From the NCBI GenBank assembly GCA_010093745.1, contig MU006000.1, positions 115,430 to 135,429 on the forward strand: DNA of 20,000 nt. Direction: 5' to 3'. Source of the stretch: Piedraia hortae CBS 480.64. Taxonomy: Eukaryota. Shown one piece after another: positions 10,322 through 19,677 of the stretch (its first letter is position 1; each line of letters starts with the position of its first letter). The notes below the pieces were generated by a model, which saw nothing but the letters and a program-made list of their open reading frames with translations, was not told the origin of the DNA and did not search any database. Both the position numbers and the translations under genes were made by a program.

Positions 10322-12115
10322 TCACAGTGCGCTCTCCCTTTTGGAAGCAAAATCCTTCCACCTCCTCCATCCATCAATATCAATCAGCGCTTGCATGCAT
10401 CCCCACTCCTTGACCTTCCGCTCCAACCACACGAAATTAACAGGTTTGGTGAGGAAATCATTACACCCCGCCGCGAGCGCCTCGTGACGATCAGATTGTA
10501 AATTCGACGCCGTCAAAGCTACAATCGTAACGGGCGATTTGAACAATCCATCACCTTTGGGTAAGATATCTTTATCACCCCCCTTCCCCTGTTCATCTGC
10601 TGCGCCGTTAGCGGTAGGTTGGGGTTTACTGAACGCTCCAATTCCGTTGATTCTCTCTAATCGTCGAATTTCTTTTGTGGCTTGTAGTCCGTTCATGACG
10701 GGCATTTGGATGTCCATCAAGACTAAGTGGAAGCCGCCCTTTTTCCACTTCTCAACGGCTAGTTGCCCGTTTACGGCTGTTTGCCAACGTACTTTGAGGC
10801 GTTTCATTAGTCCTTCTAGGATGCGGAGGTTGATATTGTTGTCTTCTACCAGTAGAACGCTGATGGGGGGGACGGAGACGTCGAGGATTGTGGACACTGC
10901 GGATGGGACAGGTCGTTGTGTTTTGCTCCGGCGAGAGGGACGGGGCCCGGGAGTTTGTTGGCCTGTTGTTGCCATTGGCGTTGGGGGTCCGCTTTTGTTT
11001 GGGGCTTCGGTGCCCGGTGGGGAGGGCAGAGGTGGAGGCGCTGGAGCATCGTCGGATTGCTGTGCGTCGGAGTCGGAGTCTACTCTCCTACTTGTTTGAG
11101 TTGTCTGCTGCATCAGCCTCCCCGGGCTGGTGGTGTGTTGGCGGTTGATGGGTGGTCGGGCCCGTCTGGTGGCTGCTGGGGAAAGCAGCGGTGTGGCTTG
11201 ACCGGCGTTGAGGACCGACAGGGTGCGGGTTTGGGCATCGATGCCACCGACTTCTGGCACGACGCCCATGGGCGGAAAGTAGTCCCCCGCGGGCTCTACG
11301 GGAGCCAAATCATCCGGCCGCATAGAGACCGAGCACATACGTGGGCTGAAGACGATGCGGCGGTCGGGCGGACGCACGTCTATTATGAGTGCATCGTCAA
11401 CACGCTGCTGGTCGGGATAGTAGCGGTCGACGGTGCGGCAGACGTCCTCGTCGGGGCCCAACAGCCGCAACGTCCGCGCTGCATCACCCGCCGGCCGCGG
11501 CGAAATGTGCATGCTGATGTCGGGCGAATCAACGGTGCGGCCCAGGCTGTTTGCGTACTTCTTCAGAATCATCTCGCGCAAGTCGTCAACCAAGTCGCCA
11601 TCGTTCACTTGCACCAGCGTTGCCGACGCCCCTGGCCTCTTTACCCATACTTTGCGCATCTCGTCGTGCTTCGCATTCGAAGCCGTGGTGGTCGATAACG
11701 TCAGAGTCACTGGCGACGTCTGTGATCGCGCCGTTGTGCGCCGTGGCTTTGGCTGTGGCTGTGGCTGCGGCTGCGGCTGCGGCTGTGGCGCCGCCCCCAC
11801 TCCCGTCCCCGCCATATGCCCCACTCCCGCTGTCTTCAGCCGCAGCCGCTTGCCTTCATCTGGCACTGGCAGCTTGCTCGGCCGCAGATGCTGGGGGATC
11901 GGTAAATTGGTGCTCCGCTGTTGGAATGGTTCATCGTGGTCGGTGTGGTTCATTAGGTGTGTACGAAAATGCCTAGGTCTATGTAGAATGTTGCCGCATT
12001 CCTCGCTTGCTCTTGCCCGCTGCAGTTGTGTAATGACTAATGAGCAACTCTTCTGCTGGTCAAGCACCATCATGGAATTGTGGTACTTCAGCGTACAGTC
12101 CATGTGGGGCGACAT
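10322..12115 (-). CDS. SSK1: Two-component response regulator Ssk1 (HOG pathway); start codon uncertain (12115, 12103, about 11953 or about 11817)
   Basis: Conserved filamentous-fungal Ssk1 block KVWVKRPGASATLV...LVDDLREMILKKYANSLG. The receiver domain runs VPPISVLLVEDNNINLRIL...FHLVLMDIQMPVMNG (phospho-Asp)...VALTASNLQSDRHEALAAGCNDFLTKPV...EWGCMQALID. Confidence 0.93.
   Translation of the reverse strand: MSPHMDCTLKYHNSMMVLDQQKSCSLVITQLQRARASEECGNILHRPRHFRTHLMNHTDHDEPFQQRSTNLPIPQHLRPSKLPVPDEGKRLRLKTAGVGHMAGTGVGAAPQPQPQPQPQPQPKPRRTTARSQTSPVTLTLSTTTASNAKHDEMRKVWVKRPGASATLVQVNDGDLVDDLREMILKKYANSLGRTVDSPDISMHISPRPAGDAARTLRLLGPDEDVCRTVDRYYPDQQRVDDALIIDVRPPDRRIVFSPRMCSVSMRPDDLAPVEPAGDYFPPMGVVPEVGGIDAQTRTLSVLNAGQATPLLSPAATRRARPPINRQHTTSPGRLMQQTTQTSRRVDSDSDAQQSDDAPAPPPLPSPPGTEAPNKSGPPTPMATTGQQTPGPRPSRRSKTQRPVPSAVSTILDVSVPPISVLLVEDNNINLRILEGLMKRLKVRWQTAVNGQLAVEKWKKGGFHLVLMDIQMPVMNGLQATKEIRRLERINGIGAFSKPQPTANGAADEQGKGGDKDILPKGDGLFKSPVTIVALTASNLQSDRHEALAAGCNDFLTKPVNFVWLERKVKEWGCMQALIDIDGWRRWKDFASKRESAL
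11745..11789 (-). repeat. Coding hexamer repeat (GGCTGY on the + strand) encoding (PQ)6-PK in Ssk1
   Basis: ggcttt ggctgt ggctgt ggctgc ggctgc ggctgc ggctgt ggc; translates as PQPQPQPQPQPQPKP. Confidence 0.9.
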
Positions 12116-12282
12116 ATTCTTGATTCTTTCCTTCCTTCCACGAGGGCGTGCCCTCTCGGCTGGCTGTCAATTGCAAAACGGGGGTGGCGCAGTACGGGAT
12201 TACCCGCTCGGACCGATCCGTCGCAACTGGAAAAATTCCAAACTGAGATCGCACAATACATTACAGACGCTCCCCGGCCAAA

Positions 12283-14022
12283 ATGAAGAGAAAACACGAA
12301 GAAGCCGCTACCGAAGAGGCTACGGCTGAAACGCCCGTCACGCCCACCTTTGCCAATCTTCACCTCGACCCTCAACTGCTCCAAGCCATCGCCCGCGAGA
12401 AACTTGTGACGCCGACTCCGGTCCAGGTTAAGACGATCCCAATTGCTCTCCAAGGTCAACATGCTCTGGTCCGCGCGAAGACCGGATCCGGCAAAACTCT
12501 GGCTTATGCCCTCCCAATCCTGCATGACCTGCTGAAACGCAACCCCTCGGCCAAGAAGCGCTGGGAAACTACAGCCCTGATTCTGGTACCCACTAAAGAA
12601 CTGGCCGGTCAAGTGGCGCTACTGTTGAAACCATATCTCGGTAGCGTTTTGCGATGCGAGAGCATCAGTCGCAAAGAGGATTCGGCCGTTACAAGAGCGC
12701 GACTGATGGAAAAACCAGACATTGTCATCGCAACTCCCGGTCGCGTGACACATTGGATCAATCAAGATGTTTTGTCATTAAAATCTTTGCGATTCCTGGT
12801 CATAGACGAAGCTGATCTGGTGCTAAGTTATGGCTACGAAGAGGATATCGAGACTCTTGCTGCTGCTCTCCCCAGCGGCGTGCAGAAGCTGATCATGTCT
12901 GCCACTCTGCGCACCGAGATTGATGCTTTGACCAAGTTGCTATTCCCCCCTACCGCTCAACAGCCCACTATCCTCGACCTTTCAGCAGAAGAGGCCGAGG
13001 AAAAACCTGCCCTAGCCCAATACGTTGCGAGCACGGCAGAAGAAGACAAGTTCCTGCTCATCTATGCCATTTTCAAACTGCGCCTTATCAAAGGCAAGGC
13101 CATCGTCTTCGTAGCAGACACTGACCGCTGCTACCGCGTGAAGCTGTTTCTCGAACAATTTGGCATCCGCAGCTGCATCCTGAACAGTGAACTGCCGGCG
13201 AATACCCGTCTGCACGCTGTCCAAGAGTTCAACCGGGGCGTCTACGACATCATCATTGCGGCAGACGAGAACGAAATTGTTGGCGAAGAGCGACAGCGGA
13301 AAAGGCGCAAAGTCGACGAATCCGAGGAAAAATCCAAGAAGAAACGAGACAAGGAATTCGGCATCTCCCGGGGCATCGACTTCCGTCTTGTCACCTGCGT
13401 TCTCAACTTCGACCTTCCAACCTCGGTCGAATCATACACCCACCGAGTCGGACGCACCGCCCGCGCCGGAAAAACCGGCATTGCCCTTTCCTTCTACGTC
13501 CCCAAAGAACTCTACCGCAAACACAAACCCACCAGCATCGAACAATGCCAACACGACGAAAAAGTCTTAGCCGAAATCAACGAAGCCCAAGGCCCAAAAC
13601 TCGAAAAATGGCAATTCGACATGTCCAAACTCGAAGGTCTACGCTATCGTTTCGGCGACGCATTAAGAGCAGTAACGCGCATCGCCGTCCGCGAAGCGCG
13701 AACAAAAGAACTCCGCCACGCACTCATCAATAGCGAAAGATTAAAGCGCCACTTTGAGGAACATCCCGATGAACTCCAGCATCTTAGACATGATGTGGAA
13801 ACGCATGCGGTGAGAGTTCAGCCCGAGCTGAAAGATGTTCCTGATTATCTCCTCCCTGCGGGGGGCAAGGCTGCGGTGGCGAAGGATGTGGGGTATGTCA
13901 CTATGAGGAAAGATACGGAGAATAGGCTAAGGAAGAGAATTTCGGCGAACAAGAAGAGGGGGAAGCAAAAGGGTAAGATGGATCCGTTGAAGACGTTGAA
14001 TGCTAGAGGGAGGAAGAAGTAG
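12283..14022 (+). CDS. DBP9: ATP-dependent DEAD-box RNA helicase Dbp9/DDX56 (60S biogenesis), intronless, 579 aa
   Basis: Q motif PTPVQ, motif I AKTGSGKT, PTKELA, TPGR, IDEADLVLSYGY (Dbp9-type), SAT, GISRGIDF, YTHRVGRTAR. The C-terminal block YRFGDALRAVTRIAVREARTKELR..HFEEHP..HLRHD is Dbp9-like and is followed by a basic tail. Confidence 0.95.
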   Translation: MKRKHEEAATEEATAETPVTPTFANLHLDPQLLQAIAREKLVTPTPVQVKTIPIALQGQHALVRAKTGSGKTLAYALPILHDLLKRNPSAKKRWETTALILVPTKELAGQVALLLKPYLGSVLRCESISRKEDSAVTRARLMEKPDIVIATPGRVTHWINQDVLSLKSLRFLVIDEADLVLSYGYEEDIETLAAALPSGVQKLIMSATLRTEIDALTKLLFPPTAQQPTILDLSAEEAEEKPALAQYVASTAEEDKFLLIYAIFKLRLIKGKAIVFVADTDRCYRVKLFLEQFGIRSCILNSELPANTRLHAVQEFNRGVYDIIIAADENEIVGEERQRKRRKVDESEEKSKKKRDKEFGISRGIDFRLVTCVLNFDLPTSVESYTHRVGRTARAGKTGIALSFYVPKELYRKHKPTSIEQCQHDEKVLAEINEAQGPKLEKWQFDMSKLEGLRYRFGDALRAVTRIAVREARTKELRHALINSERLKRHFEEHPDELQHLRHDVETHAVRVQPELKDVPDYLLPAGGKAAVAKDVGYVTMRKDTENRLRKRISANKKRGKQKGKMDPLKTLNARGRKK

Positions 14023-14034
14023 ATTGCGTAAACA

Positions 14035-14035
<1 letters not shown>

Positions 14036-14075
<40 letters not shown>
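14036..14075 (+). repeat. (CA)20 microsatellite 13 nt after the DBP9 stop codon
   Basis: Perfect CA run counted from the sequence. Confidence 0.96.
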
Positions 14076-14077
<2 letters not shown>

Positions 14078-14099
14078 ACTGTCACATTTCTTAAGCAGA

Positions 14100-15270
14100 T
14101 GCTGTCGAAGAGATGTCATTTGTGTAGCGTGAACGTAACGTCTTGGCATCCACGACTTTTTGAAATCGCAAACACTCCTGCCACACACTTCTTTTTTCAA
14201 ACAAACGTCTTCCAGCCAACAAAGGTGAGCCAACGGGTTTGTTGAGGTGGGCTCTTCCCCACTCGATGGGATTCTGCATTTACGTCGTGCGTTATGCTCT
14301 ACTCATGCGTGTGCCTGGACAGGGTGGTCTAGAAGTCCGTTAAAGGTTAGTGACGACAAGTTCCAGGGTGTAACGTCAAAGAAATGACGCACGCTGCACA
14401 CCCCGCGGCCTAGAGCGTCAGCCATCTTCTGCTCTCGATAGTGGGCGCGGAGGATGTGGCTTTCGCACCTTACGAAAACAAATCGTACAGGCTTCATTTC
14501 TGGATCTGGCAAGATGAGCTTTCAGATGACTGATGTTTTGTGGCTTTTGCGTGGAGGTCGTCTACTATGTGGGGGACTGGACCGTTGCACATGTCCATAT
14601 ATCTACCGGTGAAGATGTGGATCATGCATTTGAAGGCAGGTGCGACATGAAGTGGGGAAAAAGGGAGGATACAAGAGGATGGAGGTGATTTGGGTACCTT
14701 TCTTGACGTTGAGGAGTCAGTTGCTGTACTGATAATCTTACCGGGGAAGACGTTCCAAGATGATTGGTAAGCGATCGCTGGTGGGTTCCCACGATTTTGA
14801 GACCAACACAGCAGTGTGTGAGTGCTTACGAGGAAGTGAAAGGAAAAAGAATTCCGAATGCAAGAAGGGGAATTAGGCAGCTTCCCACCACAACAGGTTA
14901 TGAGCCACTGCTTCGCTGCACACAATCCCTTTCAAATTTTGGGAATAGTGGTCATCCAGTCAGTCAATCAACAGGAGCACTTTCGGAGAAAGTGTGATGG
15001 CTTCACTACGAGGGAAATGATAGCCTGATTGCGGATGGCTGGACTTACAAGCCATCATACTGGGCATCACACCATTCACGACTGCGGCACCACGTCCAAC
15101 AAAACCGCGAAACCAAGTATCCCCCCTCAACCGATACTTCAACGTCAGTGCAGACAACGGCAAGTTTATTTGCCAGGTCTGCAATGCCTTAGTAACGATC
15201 GACCAACGCAGCAGCCTGCGGAGACGCAGTTTCATCCTGTGTAGGAATGTGGACGTAAGGTACAAGTCGA
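14100..15270 (-). pseudogene. Possible decayed BTB/POZ-domain gene relic; boundaries uncertain
   Basis: Minus-strand fragments show BTB-like motifs in the expected order: LITCCGGK...FLVSTHTLLCWS...ILPFSP..APAFKCMIHIFTGRY, then after a frameshift near 14500 VRCESHILRAHYREQKMAD..VRHFFDVTP. Stops and frameshifts interrupt it. This is by-eye similarity only. Confidence 0.3.
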
Positions 15271-15590
15271 GGTTGTCAAGTGTCTACGGCGTATCTAATG
15301 CTTGGTGATGAATGCGCTCGAAATGCGATTAACCATTGTTTACACCTGTCCAGCACGATGTTTTTCCATCCGAACGAAATCTTAGATCTTATCGCGATTA
15401 TCGGATAGATCCGCAAGATTGCGGGGAATGTCTATTGCCCGGCCAACTTATGTTGACGCTAAACCTGATCAGGACCTATGATGTGCGACCCCCAGCCTCC
15501 GCCAGCCTCTTTTCCATTGTCACAACACTCTCGTGACAATCCGATAATTCACTGTCTGGCTACTCTGACACTCCACTAACTGGCTACAAC

Positions 15591-16760
15591 ATGGCTCCTC
15601 TCGCTGCCGCCAGTGGCCACGGAACCCTCTTTGCGCGTGCCGTTGCGCCCGCCAACCCAAACTTCGTCCCAGGCAGCGGCACCAAGGCGCCTCAGACTTT
15701 CAACAATGTTGGGTTCATGGTCCTGTTCGCCCTGATTGGCGCATCATTGGTCATTGCCTCTCTGTGGTTTTTCTTCTGGGCCAAGAACGGCGGCTTCCAC
15801 TTTGAAGAAGGCGACTGGGAAGAGTACAAGAGCACTGTATTGCGTCGCAAGGGACCAGATGGCAAGACTCTCAGCAATGCGACCAAGAGCACCAGACTCG
15901 GCGGAGGAAGCAGCATCGCCGGCACTCAATACCACGCCTGGCAGAAGCAAATGGCGCGAAGCGTCATCGGCCACGACGAAAAGGGTCGCATAGGCATCAT
16001 CGGTAAGCGCGGTTTCGCCGGCACTCACAGCGTCTATTACGACAATGGAGATAGCCAGACCATGTGCGATTTCAATGAAGTGCGCACCGAAATCGACGTC
16101 GGACACAGCAAACGCTACAGCGACCGCGACGTAGCCGAATACAAGCGCGAGAAACCCGCCCGAGTTGGAGGCCTCAACCGCGTAGCCGATGGTTCCCACT
16201 ACGGCACCTCAACCGGCGGATCCGAGAACATGTCTGACTCTTCGCGCCGCCAGATTCACCAACGCGACCAAGAACGCGCGGAGCGTCGCGCCCGCGAGGA
16301 AGCCGCCCGCATGGAACGTCGCTGGAAGCGAGAAGCCGAAGAAGCAGCCGCTGCCCTCGCACGCGAGAACGAACGCCGTCCACCTCCACCACCAACCCAT
16401 TCCTCCTCACCCCGAAAATCCACATCCCCATCCAAACCCTCCTCCTCCAAACCCCGCCCCTCATCCCGCTCCACCTCCCCCAAGAAACGCGACTTCAGCT
16501 ACGTCCCCGGCTCGGCAGCAGAAACCCTCAGCACCGCTCCCACCACACGCACCAGAACGACAACCACCCAAACCGCCCCTACCTCCCACTCAACAGACCG
16601 TCGCTCAAACAGCTACTACGAATCCTATCGTCCCCACGCGGCTGCTGCATCCGCTCCACGCTCGGACTCTTCGAGTAGGCAATCCTCGCCCCGTAAACCC
16701 GCTTCGCGGAGACCGCGCGAGGGGGGATATAGACGCGGTGCGAGGTCGGATTTGGATTGA
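15591..16760 (+). CDS. Conserved ascomycete single-pass membrane protein of unknown function, 389 aa
   Basis: ATG in a CAAC context. One hydrophobic helix (VGFMVLFALIGASLVIASLWFFFW), then KNGGFHFEEGDWEEYKSTVLRRKGPDGKTLSNATKST and YKREKPARVGGLNR blocks that I recall from Pezizomycotina hypothetical proteins. A charged coiled coil and a Ser/Pro/Arg-rich tail follow. No SPRY domain is recognisable. Confidence 0.85.
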   Translation: MAPLAAASGHGTLFARAVAPANPNFVPGSGTKAPQTFNNVGFMVLFALIGASLVIASLWFFFWAKNGGFHFEEGDWEEYKSTVLRRKGPDGKTLSNATKSTRLGGGSSIAGTQYHAWQKQMARSVIGHDEKGRIGIIGKRGFAGTHSVYYDNGDSQTMCDFNEVRTEIDVGHSKRYSDRDVAEYKREKPARVGGLNRVADGSHYGTSTGGSENMSDSSRRQIHQRDQERAERRAREEAARMERRWKREAEEAAAALARENERRPPPPPTHSSSPRKSTSPSKPSSSKPRPSSRSTSPKKRDFSYVPGSAAETLSTAPTTRTRTTTTQTAPTSHSTDRRSNSYYESYRPHAAAASAPRSDSSSRQSSPRKPASRRPREGGYRRGARSDLD

Positions 16761-17948
16761 TCGTTAGACAGAAAGGGCGTTTGGGTGGGGGTTTGTATGT
16801 AGGCATGAGTGCATTACTGGTCGTTTTGGAGGGATGGATTTGTAGACAGTCGGTACGGAGATTATGAATACCTAGTTGTGGATTGTTCCAGTGTCAGAGA
16901 TTTCGTTAAAAGTGCTGCTGAGTCTTTGACTTGCTTATTCTTGGTTGGCCAATGTGTAGGGTGAACGGGCTTTTGCCCTGCTGGTATGTGTTACGGATTA
17001 TCTGTAGAAGCATGGTGGGAGTGAATTTTGTTACGTGGAAATGATGGGATGCTTGGCATGCAGGGTTGGTGAATGGGGCATGGTTTCCCGGTATCTTTGA
17101 GATTGTGTTGGTCATTGTGTGGTATTGTGAAGGCCAAGGTCTTTGGCATACTGGGAATGTATAAAGGGCTTTTTCTTGAGACGTTGTTTATATATGTCAC
17201 GACGCGGACTATATTATCCTTACAACTGTGTTGTGCCTTACGGAAGAGCTAACTACGCTATGGGCTGGAGATGAGGTGTCGGGTCACGTGGCTGCGATAT
17301 GGTTCCGTGACAATATATCCTCCTTGTTGTGCAGTTCGCCACGGAGCGATCCGCAGGTGATGACCCACATCCCTGACCAGGGTTCGAGTACTCTGAAATT
17401 TTCTTGTAGCTCCAGATACGCGTGTATACTGACACACCTGTGAGGTGCCGCTGCTTATTAGAACACTCCTCTCTTAGACACTTGACGAAATCCTTTGGTA
17501 TTGTAAGTGTCGAGATTCCGACTCATTGGCCATTGTGAGGGGTAAAGCTGCAGGAACGATAGCGGCCGGAGAGGTGGTGGCTTGAACAGTGGCTGTAAGA
17601 TCTTGCAAGCAAGCGGTCAAGTCCGGTTTCATCGTTTCATGAAGTCCTGATTGAGGATGCTGTAAGCTGGGTTGCTTTGGTGGGTAGGATTTGTTTGTTA
17701 GCACTCATTTGGTTCAACGATACGGCCTTGCATTCCGGTATTGGATGTCAGCAAGGCATAGGTTTCTGTAAAGTAGAGATTTATCAGGTGGTGATTGTGG
17801 AACTGTCCTGCGTCATATGAACTAGACCTAAAACAACCTGTCGTGATAATGTGGGTACGTTTCAGATATGCGCTGGCCTCAATAATTTGGACCCACCAGA
17901 CATGGGTGGTCTATTCATGACTATGCTATTTATGAGTGTTGAAATGGT

Positions 17949-19422
17949 TCAGCACCGTTTCTCCACTCCATTTTTCCTACGACTCTCGAATGATTTGAGC
18001 AACTCGTTCGAAACTAACCCATCTACGTCCTTGACCACAAGTGTCTTGAGGGCGGGTGTATGGTATGCAAGAACTTTGTCATTGTAAGCTATTGAATCCT
18101 TGTCGAATCTGTCCAATACATTAGCAATGTCCGACTTTTCATTCCGAATGATGCATACTCAATATGTCACTCCCTGGACTGGATTCAAGGGTTTATGAAA
18201 TTCCAACCTGGAATCTCAAGCTCAAGTGCAAGTGTGTTAAGGCAATGAAACAAATTGCACGCCGGAAAGCAGCAGAGTGGCGGGGAACATGTAATGAGCC
18301 ATCTCGGCTAGCGATGTTTGCTTGGAACAGTGCTGTGCCAACGTCGGAATAATATTGGGTTCCAGGATATTTATTGTCCAGAGATGCAGCTCTCCAAGGT
18401 CCCCCAGCGCCGATGCTATCTCGAGCACGTCAAAACACACAAATGTGCAGCTGTGTCGAGTAGTTTGATCCCGGTATTACGTTAGTTCGCTGGTTTCAAA
18501 AATCAGCAGCATTGTCAAGACTTTCAAATAACGAACCTCTCGTGAAGTACCGTATAACAACCAGATATCTGGTGTTGAGTCAAGGATGATCCTTAGCTTA
18601 AGGGGATTGACCATTGTAGCTATGGCATCGAAGAGGACGTTGGGGTACTTGACTGTGACCATGAACGTCTGCAGGTTGTGTGCAAAGTTAGAGATCGCTG
18701 CCCGGTCCAAAATTCCATGGGATCATTCCAGTGTCCGAAAATTGCTCAGAATCGGACCAATTGCCGTGTGCGGCGTGGAAAGAACCATTTGCATAGCATT
18801 AATTTGGTTGCATCCACGGATCCTTAAGCACCTGAGACCAGACTGGTGCGGTAAATGCAATGGGACAAAAGCCAGACTTCCCCATTGCCCCTTTGCAGAA
18901 CCAATTTCCATGGTTTGCTGGTGTGTCCAGCTAACCTAGGCATTGGATCATCCGGACGACTGATGCGGATGTCGGTGGATTGATTAGGCTGACAGTTTGC
19001 AAGCATCGGCATGCCCCAGAAAGAAGCTGTAGAGAGCGTTTCTCACCGATGGTCCAGAAGTGTGAGAAAGATCCAACAAGAAACTCTAGAACGCATTTGG
19101 AACCTCGCAAAGACCAGATACAATAGGCATCTGTCTCGAAAGTGATGGTCAAACTTTGAAGCTGCAGAAAGGTCACATCTGGTTTCAAAATTTTCCACCT
19201 CGTAGCACCTTGGAAATGAAGCGTGCGGTTTTTGCTTGCGAGGTATTGCTTCTGACTACGGGACGGCTTCATGATCGCTTCTTCCGGAGCTTCGCACCAT
19301 ACGTAAGTCACGAATGCATCCTTCCATTTTTAATAGACTTTTGATGCGTTAATCAATGATGACAGGCCGTCTTTCAAAATTTTCGCTCTGCCGACTTGGA
19401 CTTCGAACGGAACAGATACCAT
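17949..19422 (-). pseudogene. F-box / leucine-rich-repeat-like pseudogene (about 490 codons)
   Basis: ATG at 19422 gives MVSVPFEVQVGRAKILKDGLSSLINASKVY*KWKDAFVTYVW...SQKQYLASKNRTLHF, which resembles a fungal F-box. ORF-track fragments 19330-19584 and 18931-19311 share one frame. Fragments 18723-18911, 18477-18710 and 18237-18440 share a second frame after a frameshift near 18920. LRR-like words include FLQLQSLTITF, CRCLQTVSL, SGLRCLRIRG, GDLGELHLW and HTPALKTLVV. Likely stop TGA at 17951-17949. Confidence 0.65.
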
Positions 19423-19607
19423 CCTGCCATATGATGAGAGTTTTCTGAGCGAGAGGTGGTCTGCTCCACCACGCTTGAATCTTAGTACGATAGCAAGCTC
19501 TGTTGTTACGGACTGGATGACGTTGGGTAAAGGTTGTGTGTCAACAGTCTGTTGGCTCGCTAACAGAGATCGATACACGATCACATTCAGTCTAGATTGA
19601 TGTAGTG

Positions 19608-19625
19608 CCAGATATCCATATCTGG
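19608..19625. repeat. Short perfect inverted repeat (8-bp arms, 2-nt spacer)
   Basis: CCAGATAT-CC-ATATCTGG. Confidence 0.8.
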
Positions 19626-19677
19626 TAAAGTTAAAATGCTGACATCCTTACCCAAGGATGTCAGCATTTTGACTTTA
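19626..19677. repeat. Long inverted repeat/hairpin (24-bp arms, 4-nt loop, one mismatch)
   Basis: TAAAGTTAAAATGCTGACATCCTT-ACCC-AAGGATGTCAGCATTTTGACTTTA; 23 of 24 positions pair, with T19632 opposite G19671. Confidence 0.95.

Noticed and set aside
10916..12329. Plus-strand ORFs 10916-11698 and 11433-12329 overlapping SSK1
   Set aside because: Antisense shadows of SSK1 with non-AUG starts and no domain features.
17320..17410. tRNA-like GGTTCGAG (B-box/T-loop) motif
   Set aside because: The T-arm would have an 8-nt loop, and no acceptor stem or cloverleaf can be formed.
16906..17704. Short ORFs of 60-76 aa between the membrane-protein gene and the F-box pseudogene
   Set aside because: Mostly non-AUG starts, no motifs and no collinear frame pattern I could support.
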